Below are positions 36,230 through 47,289 of a stretch of DNA of 64,000 nucleotides, piece after piece (positions within the stretch are counted from its first letter, which is position 1; each line of letters begins with the position of its first letter). The position numbers and the translations under genes were made by a program. Origin of the DNA: Prorocentrum cordatum (Eukaryota); NCBI GenBank assembly GCA_963575745.1, contig CAUYUJ010000207.1, positions 1 to 64,000 on the forward strand, in the 5' to 3' direction. The notes beneath the pieces were generated by a model. That model made no database searches and was not told where the DNA came from. It saw only the letters and a program-made list of their open reading frames with translations.

Positions 36230-37484
36230 CTGCTGTCCCTCCTCGGGGATCTCAGCGGTGGCCTGGCCCGTCGGGGGCTTCCTCAAGCCTGTCTCCTCAG
36301 GCTGCCCCCTGGGCGGCCGTGTGCGCGCGGGCGGGCCGTGCAATAAATTCGGGTACTTCGTCGGCTGCGACGACCTTCTCTCCTTGGGCCTACAGACGAT
36401 AGGTGCTGGAGGCCAGCTCTGTTTGGCATCAGAAGTGGACTGACTTCAGCGCATAGGCCGCTGTCGTCGCTTTGTACTTGTTTGTGCTGCCTGCTTGCGC
36501 TTTCTCCATTCTTGCTCTTGCACGTGTGTGTATTCTTTGACATTGAGGTACTTTGACAGTTCTGTGACATTGGAGTATCTTGAGATTGAGGTTCTCTGCA
36601 TTGTATCGGCGTGCCTGTTTTCATTCTTTCTTTGAATCGTTTCGTTCAGAGTTCAAGATACTTGAGTGCGTTATCAGACATTCAGTTATGCAGGTGATTC
36701 AAGATACTGAGTGCGTTATCAGACATTCAGTTATCCGAGAGTTACTTCTTGAGTGCGTTATCAGACATTCAATTATCACACATTTGACGTGAGCATACGA
36801 CTCTTGTCTTACCGCGGGTTGTTACGACATATTTCGGACTTTGTGTTTGCGTTGACTCTTGCCTCGCTGTGTGTGTGTGTCGGACATGCGCGTATGTTGG
36901 TATAAGAGCTCCGCGTGATCTGGACTTTGTTCGGAATAAGAGTTTTGCATTTGCCCACTCCCGCTCAAAGAGTGGTGGGTGTCTTGCCTGACTCTGTGCA
37001 CAGTCGCCCGCAAATTCGTTGTGTTTCACGTGCATGGTCTTTCAGTGGTGCTGAGACGGTAATCGCTATATGTGGTTACTGCATGGTCTCGCATTACTTT
37101 GAAGTGACTCGTCATTTTAGTTGTTGGTTTTGTGTTTGTCTCAGTGGTGTTGAGACGGTAATCGCTGTATAAACCAGTTGTTACTGTATGGTCTCTCACT
37201 GCTTTTATTTTCAGTGGTGCTGAGACGGTAATCGCTATATGTGGTTACTGCATGGTCTCGCATTGCTTCTTGCTGTCTTGCACAGCTTCTTTCATCATCT
37301 TTGTTGTTTTGTATTTTAGTGTATTGGCAGTCTTGTGCATATCTGTACAGCTTCGCTGTTTGATGCACCTCTGCTTTAATATTTGCAGCTTCGCTGTCTT
37401 CCTGTACAGCTTCGCTGTTTAGGTTCTTTGTGTTTAGGCCTGCTCCCATGGGAGCTCGAACCGGCCTTCGCAAAAGACGCAAAA
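36230..37484 (+). mobile_element. Non-coding composite retroposon (SINE-like) in the hairpin target
   Basis: TSD GACCAGGTTG at 36220-36229 and 37485-37494. LINE-type 3' stem-loop plus CGCAAAAGACGCAAAA. Contains internal repeats and a relic of a LINE 3' end at about 36790-37015. Confidence 0.8.
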
Positions 37485-40400
37485 GACCAGGTTGACGGTT
37501 CACCGCCGGCGCCAGATTGGCTGTTTCGAGTCATCTTGATACGCGCTGTCGGTATATTGGACTTAACTCGAGATACAGGACAGCTACACAGCTGGTAAGC
37601 ACACCTTATCGATTTAGAACAGGCGCGTTCGTCTGTTGCATCTAGAGCTCTGAACTCGGTCTGCTAGCCGAGCTAGGTCCGCAAACCTATTCGTATTATT
37701 CGAGTGATCTTGACAGGCGCTCTCGGTTTTCTGTACTTAACTCGAGCTATATGACAGCTACAGAGCTGATACTTACAGAAACCGATTCTAAATCATCAGT
37801 CGCGTTTGTCTGTTGAATATAGAGCTCTGAACTCCGTCTGCTGTCGCGAAACCATTCGTATTGTTCGAGTCATCTTGAGAGGTGCCAACGGTTTTCTGTA
37901 TTTAACTCGGGCTGTGGGGGGGCTACAGTGCTGGTAGTCACAGGAATCGATTTGGAGACATCAGGCTCGTCCGCCTGTCGAATCTAGAGCTCGGAACTCG
38001 GTCTGCTGCCCGAACTAGGGTCCGCGAAACTATTCGTATTGTTCGAGTCATCCTGAGAGGTGCTGTCGGTTTTCTGCACTTAACTCGGGCTGTAGGGGGG
38101 CTGCAGAACTTGGTCTGATACTCGAGTTAGGTTCGCCAAACTATTCGTATTGTTCGAGTCATCTTGAGAGGTGCTGTCGATTTACGCACGTAGCTCGGGC
38201 TGTAGAAGAGCTACAGAGCTCGTACAAAAGACAATCCAGAAGCATCGGGGGCGTTCGGCTGTTGCATCGAGATGTCTGAAATCGCTTGGGCTGAAAAACT
38301 ATTCGTTCTCTGCATTTTTTTTCGACATTATATATTGTCAGGAAGCTCTACGAGTCACCCGGCGGTAAGAAAGGTTGACGGCTTACCGCCGGCGCCCAGT
38401 AATTCCGGGGCGCTGGAGAGCTAGTTGGCAAGAAAAATCTCGACGGACCTTTTGGTGACTTTTGGTCGGTTGAAAATTTTGTTCTCGAGATTCAACCATT
38501 CGTTAGAGCCCTAGTATTTCTTCCCGTGATATTCGATCTTACTCCCGCTCGCCATCTTGATCTCAGCTCGATCGGGCTCCTTTTACTGCCAAAAAGCGTC
38601 CAGGCGGGATTGGCCGTTTCGAGTCATCTTGGTACGCGCTGTCAGTATATTGGACTTAACTCGAGATACAGGACAGCTACACAGCTGGTAAGCACACCTT
38701 ATCGATTCAGAATGATCAGGCGCGTCCGTCTGTTGCATCTAGAGGGCTGAACTCGGTCTGCTAGCCGATCTGGGTCCGCAAACCTATTCGTATTATTCGA
38801 GTCATCTTGACTGGCGCTCTCGGTTTTCTTTACTAAACTCGAGCTATAGGACAGCTACAGAGCTGATACTTACAGAAACCGATGCAGAATCATCAGTCGC
38901 GTTTGTCTGTTGAATCCAGAGCTCTGAACTCGGTCTGCTGCCCGATCTAGAATCGCGAAACTATTCGTATTGTTCGAGTCATCTTGAGAGGTGCTGTCGG
39001 TTTTCTGCACTTAACTCGGGCTGTAGGGGGGCTACAGTGCAGATGGTCACAGGAATCGATTTGAAGACATCAGGCGCGTCCGCCTGTCGAATCCAGAGCT
39101 CGGAACTCGGTCTGCTGCCCGAACTAGGTCTGCGAAGCTATTCGTATTGTTGGAGTCATCCTGAGAGGTGCTCTCGGTTTTCTGCACTTAACTCCTGTAG
39201 GGGGGCTGCAGGGCTGGTAATCACAGGGATCGATTCGGAGACATCAGACGCATCCGCCTGTCGCATTCAGAGGTCTGAGCTCGGTCTGATACTCGAGCTG
39301 GGTTTGCCAAACTTTTCGTTTTGTTCGAATCATCTTGAGGTGCTGTCGATTTACGCACGTAACTCGGGCTGTAGGAGAGCTACAGAGCTCGTACAGAAGA
39401 CAATCCAGAAGCATCGGGGGCGTTCGGCTGTTGCATCGGGAGGTCTGAAATCGCTTGGGCTGAAAAATTATTCGTTCTCTGCAATTTTTTCACACTGTGT
39501 ATATATATATATTGTCAGGAAGCTCTACGAGTCCCCCGGCGGTAAGAATTGTTGACGGTTTACCGCTGGCGCCCAGTTCGCCCACCCGGCCCGGGCGGAC
39601 AATGTGACAACTGGCGTCGGTTTTTCGAGGATTGTGAGAGATTTGAGAATTCGTTTCGGAAAGCACTATTTTTGTAACGTGGAGTCGATCGTGGCGCATT
39701 CGCCTGTCAAATCCTCAGGTCTGTAGCTGCAATATAACGATCAAAAAACGTGGAGGAAGCGTCGGCCGTCAGGCGATATTTTTCAAAATAATAACGGTCT
39801 CGTGCATTTCACAAGAGCTGAGCTACATTAATCCAGTATTTCTTTGCACATGTAGTGAGTTATGGCTCGTCGGCCTTTTGAATTCTAAGATCTTGAGCCG
39901 CCTTCAATTTCGAAGCTCGATGAACAACCTTCGTATTATACTTAAATATTATTATAAATTATTTCAAAGCCAATATCACTTGAGCTTTCTGGTCGACATC
40001 TGAGCACTATTACGTGATTCGAGAGCTCTACGAGGGCCCCGGCGGTAACCTGGTTGACGGTTTACCGCCGGCTCCCAGTTCCGGAGCGCTGGAGGAACCG
40101 ACATCACGTTGAGACCGAAAAATGAAAATTCGACGTTTTTCCAGAAAAGCTCCGAGAAGCTGTAACTCGTAGAGCTTCCCTTCGCTAGTTGCTGGAAGCT
40201 TAAGAGTAATTCCGGGGCGCCGGAGAGCTAGTTGGCAAGAAAAATCTCGACGGACTTTTTTTTATGACTTTTGGTCGGTTGAAAATTCTGTTCTCGAAAT
40301 TCAAGCATTCGTTAGAGCTCTAAGTATTTTTTCCCGTGGTATTCGATCTTATTCCCGCTCGCCGTCTTAATCTGAGGTCGATCGGGTAGATATTACTGCC

Positions 40401-41494
40401 AAAAAGCACTGCGGCGGGATCGGCCGTTCCGGTCATCTTGACACGCGGTAGCGGTTTTTTGTACTTAACTCGAGCTATAGGACAGCTGCAGATCTGATAC
40501 TTACAGAAACCGATTCACAATGATGCGGCGCATTTGTCTGTTGAATCCAGAGGTCTGAACTCGGTCTACTGCTCGAGCTAGGTCCGCGAAACTATTCGTA
40601 TTGTTCGAGTCATCTTGAGAGGTGCTGTCGGTATTCTGCACTTAACTCGTGCTGTAGGGGGGCTACAGGGCTGGTACTCACAGAAAACGATTCAGAGACA
40701 TCAGGCGCGTCCGCCTGTCGCATGCAGAGGTCTGAACTTGGTCTGATACTCGAGCCAGGTCCGCAAAACCATCCGTATCGCTCGAGTCAACTAAACGGGG
40801 ACTGTCGGTTTTCTGTACTGACCTCGAGCTCTAGGGGAGCTACAGAACTCATATGCACAGAAACCAATGCAGAATATTCAGGCGCGTTCGTCTGTTGCAT
40901 TCAGAGGTCTGAACTCGATCTGCTACTCGAGCTAGGTTCGCGAAACTGTTCGTATTGTTCGAGTCATCTTGAGAGGTGCTGTCGATTTCCGCACGTAACT
41001 CGGGCTGTAGAAGAGCTACAGAGCTGATGCGCACAGAAACTGATTCGGAATCATCGTGCGCGTTCGTCTGTTGCATTCAGAGGTCTGAACTGGGTTTGCT
41101 ACTCGGGCTAGGTCCGCAAGCCTATTTGTATTCTTCTGTCCATTTTCTGTATTGAAGTCGGGCTGTAGGAGAGCTACAGAGCTGGTGCGCACAGACACCG
41201 ATCCAGGAGCATTAGGAGCGTTCGTCTTTTGCATCGAGAGGTCTGAACTCGGTCTGCAACTACTGCTGAAAACTATTGTTTGAAAACTATTGCTGATAAC
41301 TTGCAGAAAACTATTGCTGAAAACTGCTGATTCTTTGGACAGAATGAATGGTCAGGAAGCTCTACGAGCCCCCCGGCTCAAGAAGGCGTGTCGGCTCAAG
41401 GTCACGGAGCCGCTGACTTTGTCCTGCCTGGGCTACCTCCGCCAAGGCCAGCGGTAGTGATCAGCAGAGCCTGAGGAGCATATCGTAATTCTTC

Positions 41495-42898
41495 GTGCAA
41501 GTATTTGGGACCACGTCGTACGACACACCCGAGTCGAGACAAGCTTTGTTGGAAGCAATTGGATTGGGGCGTTGGAACGAAACAGTTGCTCAGTGGCATC
41601 AGAATACAAGTCAAGATCTTGACTGCCCATTGACACCTCGAGAGGACCGTGTGGATCATTTCGACTACTTGGATCAATTTGAACCTTGGGACGCCGCTGA
41701 TTTAAGATCCTTGGAGCGTGCATCAGGGAAACGACAGCGTGAAGACGACAAAGCATTTCTAAACAAGTGGGGTATTCCATCACAGATTTCAGAAGCAATA
41801 ATGTTGGGTGCATCCTCTTCGGTTGATGCAAATATGAACGCTGCTGTGGACACAAATAAAGAAAACAAGAGACCGAGGAATGGAGGTGATATTCAAAAAC
41901 AACGTGAGGAGATGATGAAAACTGCCACCACTGGGTTTGAGCGGTTCGTCATGGACCATTTCTTCAAAGCAGAGGATAGTAAGGAGGAGATTTTACAGAC
42001 CATTCAGAACACGAACAATCATATCAAAGCCGTGGAGAGTACATTGCAGAAGCACGATGACAGAGCTAATAAGATGGAGGAGAGGATGAATAAATTTGAA
42101 GAGGCCCTGCGTCAAGTACATAATGGAAGTGGTGCTGGATCAGATGTTTCTCGTACTACGGCTGGTGGAGGTATTGGAGGCGGCGGGCCGCCTGGCTTAT
42201 CTCCCAGCTCGCGTTTCCAGGATTTCAGACCGACATACATTGAGTTGAAGGGGTGGGTGACGAATTGGTCAGATCATGGCGCGCGGGCGTAGCAACTCCT
42301 AACGTGGAGTGATTGCCAAAAACTTATCGACAATTGCTTGGAACGATGCAATCAACTCGAGAAGGATGCAGTAGATCGTGAAACAACTGAGCGTATCAAT
42401 TCGGGCAGGTATATGTTTGGCAGTGTCAAGATCAGTTTCAAACCCAATACGAGTAGGGACCTGCTCTGGACGATTAAAAAGAAGTGGGATGCAATCATTA
42501 AGAATACTGTTGATGGGCACAATGGTCTGCCCTTACCTGCAGTCTTGACTGAGGGCCTTGTGATTCAGTTCCCAGGATCAAATTTACGTGTCCAAATCGA
42601 GTGCGCACCCTGGAAAAGGGATCACGTTAAAGCTGTGGCGAGGTTTTGCGGAGCGTTCAGAACGATGACGCAACAGCACGCCCAGATCGAAGTGAGAGGA
42701 GAAATTGGACCACCGCGATCGTTGATATGGACCGTCGCCAAGGGTGCTTTGCGTCCCATCAATATTGCCACATTCACTTCAGCTCGTAATACTTGGGAGG
42801 TGCACGAGCCGCAGTGGCAGCAGGTTGTCAGCGCATTTCCTGCGGTGGCGGCTGTCACTAAGCAGATGTTAGAGAGTGAGGTCAACAGACGCCAATGA
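41495..42898 (+). pseudogene. LINE ORF1 with one premature stop
   Basis: ORFs 41495-42292 and 42338-42898 are in the same frame, split by TAG at 42290-42292. Contains a coiled coil and FRPTYIELKGWVTNW. Confidence 0.8.
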
Positions 42899-45800
42899 CA
42901 AAAACGATATTGGAGCAAGGGACTTCGTATCGGAACATGGAATGTAGGTAATTCGGGTGTTTCCAACTCACGTGGGACCGAGGTTCTAACATCTCTGAGG
43001 AAGATAGGAGCCTCTTCAATTTTCGGTTTGCAAGAGTGTGAGTTCTTTGACTCAGCTGAATTAGATAGACTCGGTTGGCATTTTAAACCTTCCAGGGATA
43101 GACGTGCAGGCTTGTTGTATGCCCATGGGTGGGCCCAACTCCTGCGCGAATGTGTCACAGACTGCGATAGATTTGTCTTGGGTGTGTTTGGAACGGAGGC
43201 GTCTCAGGTGATCATATGTTCGGCTTATTTTCCACATCATGATCGTGATCAGTGTGATCTTGAATCGGCGGAAATGCTGGGGGAGTTGGAGGGTCAGATC
43301 CGTCTCTTGAAGCAGAAATATCGTCAGGCCAGCTTTTGTTTGCTTGCGGATGCCAATGTTGAGTTGCCACCACTTGTTCAGCTTGAGGTTGCAGGTCAGG
43401 GTTATGCTGCCACTGGGACAGGTACGAAATCATGGAGGAGGACGGGATCTGAGGGGAAGGCGGAGAGGGAGAGGAAGGATAGGAGGCAGATATTGACGGA
43501 TAACTTGCTGACCTTTATGCAGACTTGGGGTTTGTTAGCTGCCAACACCTTCGACCGTCGTCGCCCGACCTGGGAGCCCTGGGGACAAGAGCGAAATCGT
43601 TCTCGGACTAGATCGATGAGGAGAGTCTTAGACTATGTGATGGTTCCGATGGGGTGGGAGGTGCAGGAGTGTAAGATCGATTTCAAGTATCGCAGCGGAG
43701 GAACTCATAATCGTAGTAGACTTGCTGATCATGCTCTAGTTATGTGCACAGTACGACAGTCCAGTCCTGGCAGGACTGATTGGACAGTCGAGCGTGTGCA
43801 TAGGGAACCTTCTTTGGTGGGATGGCGGGCTCAGACGTATGCGGACGAGATGATAGGGAGGGAAAGGGTTGACCTCGAGTTTTGCGGTGCCGTGTTTGCT
43901 GGATGTGGTTCCCCTCCAGCTGCGTCGACACGACCACAGGACGTGACAGAGACCGCTCCTGTCATTTTGAAAGCATTTACGCAGGAGGATGTGGATTACT
44001 CCACGGCCTCAGCTGCCCGGCCTCCAGCGCCTACTCGCCCGCCCGAGCTCACACGTCTCGAAGAGCGGATTCGGTCCCTTCAGAATGGTCCAGAGAAAAA
44101 GAGACTCAGAGCAGCTGCCAATGTTTGGAGGAGACAGTATCGGCGTGATCTTCTTGAATGGGCTGTACCCCCGACTCGTCGTAAGATTCGACATCGTATC
44201 AAACATGTGGTGGTTGATGGATGGGAGACGGAGGATAGATATATCTTGAAGGAGAAGTTGGAGGAGCATGTTAAGGGGAAGGTGACATCACAGCGTAGGA
44301 GGGAGGAGAACAGCAACTTGATGGAGGAAATCAGGAGGAAGGCGGAGGTGGAGATCAAGGGTGGCCAGATCATTCGAAGTATTACGATGTCGATATGTTG
44401 TGCAGCGAGGACTCGTCTTCGAACGCGACGGGCAACAGGACCGGATCGCGTACCTTGTGAAATGCTCAAGCTTCTCCCATGGTGCACAGTTCGGCACATC
44501 CAACAGATCTTCGACTCTCTTTTGAGGCTGGTTGTCCAGTATCCTGTTCGATGGAGGGACATTCTCATTGCATACATGCCTAAACTAAAGGGGATCACGA
44601 ACTTGGCGGATGCTCGACTCTTGTGCTTACAGAATAGCATAACTCGCTGGTTCTCGGCGTGCGTAGTTATCCTGGTGGAGCAGCATGTGGAAGAGTCTAA
44701 GCTATTTCATCCTCTGGGCCTCTATGGGTTCCGTCAGGGTCACAGCACATCCCATATCACGAGTAGCCTTACTAACATGTGTATGCACGGGGACAAGTGG
44801 GGGAAGCGTGAGTGTCTGTACGTTGCGGACATGGACATATACCAGGCCTTTGACAACTGCACGATACAGAACGTTCATAAGGGTCTTGAGCATGCACGTG
44901 TCCCTGCGTATTTACAGCACGCGTTTCTGGATCCGTTATCGCACAGCACGGGCTGCCTCTACTATGACGGGTTGGAGATTGATAACATCCAGTGGGACAC
45001 CTGTATTAGGACTGGAGGCCCAGAAGGGCCCTTGGGCTTTAACCTCATTATTGCTGCCATGTGGGGTGACGTTATTCACAATTGGGACGTTCAGGGCATG
45101 GGGTATGCGGTAGATTTCGGTACGGAGCATCGGTCGGTGGTGAATCATTTTATCTGGGCAGATAACGTGTACCTCGTCAGTCGCAGCCGTGAGGAGCTTA
45201 CTCGTATGGTAAGAGACTTGACACTTCCACTTTACAACTTCTCGATGCGATGGAAACCCACATCGCTGAAGTACATGGTGTGCGGAGCTCCTGCTGTCTT
45301 GGATGAGGACGGGAATATCCCGCGTTCGATGGATCTTAAAATACCGATCTTCTCAGATGCATGTGACGGGAGGAATGCAGTGCAGCAGATTGATGAGTTA
45401 TGTTACCGTCGAGTTGTTTCTATGGACGTACTGGGCACGCAGCTGCATAGTGAATATAACTGTTCTGTACATCGTGATGTTTCTTTTCGCCTAGACTGTG
45501 CTCGTCGCGCATTTTACTCTCAGGCAGGGTATTTCAGGTCGCACTGTATTCCTCTCAAGGATAAGCTGCGGAGATACCAGGACAGAGTCCAGAGCCTGGC
45601 TCTGTATGGTATGGAGACCACCACTGCAGATTCTTATACTCTCTCGTTTCTCCATTCCTTCGAAGGGAAATGCCTGAAGATGATGATCTCTTCTCGAAAA
45701 GGCCCGACGGAAACGGAGCAAGCTTATCAGCAGAGGAGATATCATGTCGCACGGGAACGTTTCTTGAAGGCTGGGTACTCCTCTCTTGTCCAGCGTTATC

Positions 45801-46888
45801 TGATATTGCACTGGAATTTCGCAAAAGACATTGCAAGTTTCGCAAATGGCATGATTGTTGAGAAAGTGATTGACTTGAAGGCGGCGGAGAGGACATGGCG
45901 CGATTCCCGTATGGCGAGTTTATGTTTTGGACCGTACACTGACCGCACTCGTACACTTATGAGCGAGACGATGAGACACTTTGGCAACTGGTCGGAGGCC
46001 TCTTCTTACAAACGTCGCTGTCGAGGTACGGAGAGTATTGGACAGAGATCATGGCAATATACATTAGCTGAGTTTTTCGGAGATGATTGGTGGATTCATT
46101 TCACAGGCTCCCAGCTTGGATTTATGCAATACGCCACGCACCTTTGTACTCATAGCATGCTTCAATGTTTCCAGGAGGTGTCGACGTGCGGACCTGTGAG
46201 TTCGCCCGCATATTTGGCGCCCTCCGAGCATGGTGAAATCCAGGTGAGCACGGATGATAGTCCGATGGCTGCTGAGAAACTTGCAAAGCGCATCGCTCTT
46301 CATAATATGAAAGCAACCCGTTGGAACCTGGAGGCCCCTGGAATCCCTCTGGAGGTGGTGGGTGACTCGCTTCTCGTGGTTAGCTGGGCTACGGGACGGT
46401 GGCGTGCAGATAATAGATCATATGCGGATAGAATATCAAAAATTATCAATACGCTTGATGGGCTTTGTTGCAGCTATAATATACGACCTCCAGCGCCGGG
46501 TATGGATCTTATTCGTCATGATTTTCGGGAGTGGAACACTCGTGCCGACGTTCTAACACACCAGGCCCGAGAGGGCCAGATTTCTAGTTCAGAATGTAGT
46601 CCGTATACACATGATTATGAGACAGAATTTTACGTTGCTGCTGCTATTCGGGCTGGTTTCGATGGCGGCGTGTCGTCTGAGGGATGTGGGTGCGGTTGCT
46701 GGATAGACATAGGCCTCAAACCTCGGTATTGGGATCGACGGGACCCCGCTCAGCTGATATGGAAGTCAGTTTTTGAGAGGGCTTGGCTTATTTCTCCGAC
46801 CACAACTGTTACTGATACAGAACTCAGTGCTTTGGAGTGCATCGTGACTGCGCTCCCACAGGCAGTTCTATGGTTATCACAGACTTGA
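42899..46888 (+). CDS. Intact LINE ORF2: APE, RT (WADN), permuted RNase H
   Basis: Motifs GTWNV, LQE, AYFP, DAN, LDY, ADH, MDIYQAFD, IRTGGPEGP, WADN (45155-45166), GDS, REWNTRAD, FDGG and TE. Confidence 0.92.
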   Translation, partial: QKRYWSKGLRIGTWNVGNSGVSNSRGTEVLTSLRKIGASSIFGLQECEFFDSAELDRLGWHFKPSRDRRAGLLYAHGWAQLLRECVTDCDRFVLGVFGTEASQVIICSAYFPHHDRDQCDLESAEMLGELEGQIRLLKQKYRQASFCLLADANVELPPLVQLEVAGQGYAATGTGTKSWRRTGSEGKAERERKDRRQILTDNLLTFMQTWGLLAANTFDRRRPTWEPWGQERNRSRTRSMRRVLDYVMVPMGWEVQECKIDFKYRSGGTHNRSRLADHALVMCTVRQSSPGRTDWTVERVHREPSLVGWRAQTYADEMIGRERVDLEFCGAVFAGCGSPPAASTRPQDVTETAPVILKAFTQEDVDYSTASAARPPAPTRPPELTRLEERIRSLQNGPEKKRLRAAANVWRRQYRRDLLEWAVPPTRRKIRHRIKHVVVDGWETEDRYILKEKLEEHVKGKVTSQRRREENSNLMEEIRRKAEVEIKGGQIIRSITMSICCAARTRLRTRRATGPDRVPCEMLKLLPWCTVRHIQQIFDSLLRLVVQYPVRWRDILIAYMPKLKGITNLADARLLCLQNSITRWFSACVVILVEQHVEESKLFHPLGLYGFRQGHSTSHITSSLTNMCMHGDKWGKRECLYVADMDIYQAFDNCTIQNVHKGLEHARVPAYLQHAFLDPLSHSTGCLYYDGLEIDNIQWDTCIRTGGPEGPLGFNLIIAAMWGDVIHNWDVQGMGYAVDFGTEHRSVVNHFIWADNVYLVSRSREELTRMVRDLTLPLYNFSMRWKPTSLKYMVCGAPAVLDEDGNIPRSMDLKIPIFSDACDGRNAVQQIDELCYRRVVSMDVLGTQLHSEYNCSVHRDVSFRLDCARRAFYSQAGYFRSHCIPLKDKLRRYQDRVQSLALYGMETTTADSYTLSFLHSFEGKCLKMMISSRKGPTETEQAYQQRRYHVARERFLKAGYSSLVQRYLILHWNFAKDIASFANGMIVEKVIDLKAAERTWRDSRMASLCFGPYTDRTRTLMSETMRHFGNWSEASSYKRRCRGTESIGQRSWQYTLAEFFGDDWWIHFTGSQLGFMQYATHLCTHSMLQCFQEVSTCGPVSSPAYLAPSEHGEIQVSTDDSPMAAEKLAKRIALHNMKATRWNLEAPGIPLEVVGDSLLVVSWATGRWRADNRSYADRISKIINTLDGLCCSYNIRPPAPGMDLIRHDFREWNTRADVLTHQAREGQISSSECSPYTHDYETEFYVAAAIRAGFDGGVSSEGCGCGCWIDIGLKPRYWDRRDPAQLIWKSVFERAWLISPTTTVTDTELSALECIVTALPQAVLWLSQT

Positions 46889-47289
46889 TAGTTGCAGTTT
46901 TTCTTATTTCACTGTTCTTCCTCATACTATGATTTACTCAGCTTTCGCTGGGACTTCTCTTTTCTCTTGCATGTTTAGTTGACTGCACTTTGATTCATTT
47001 CTGTGTGCGTTTGCTCGTTCGCTCATATTTGTGATTGATGATTCATCGCAGCTTCGCTGCTCTGGGTTGTCTTGACTTTAGGTTCGAATAAGAGCTTTCG
47101 CTTCCTGATGACACCTGACCTCATGCTTGCTCGTGGCCCTAGGGCCAGTAGGAGCCTCGCAAAGCCGCAAAAAGAGAGGTTGCATCGTGCAGTCAGGCAG
47201 CCTGCCCCTGGCCCGCCGCGCGGGGGGCGCGTGGCGATCGGGCCACTTCGGCGACGCCTGCACTTGTTTGCGGCATTGTTTGCACTTGT

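Larger units (their letters stand above)
41378..47171 (+). mobile_element. Full-length non-LTR retrotransposon LINE-4 (related to family C)
   Basis: Starts after host CTACGAGCCCCCCGGC, with the rest of the left hairpin arm missing. Ends CGCAAAGCCGCAAA followed by AAGAGAGGTTG. Confidence 0.9.

Noticed and set aside
47095..47130. Hammerhead core CTGATGA (47105-47111) in the LINE-4 3' UTR
   Set aside because: There is no correctly placed GAAA or stem II, and it is not conserved in the other 3' UTRs.
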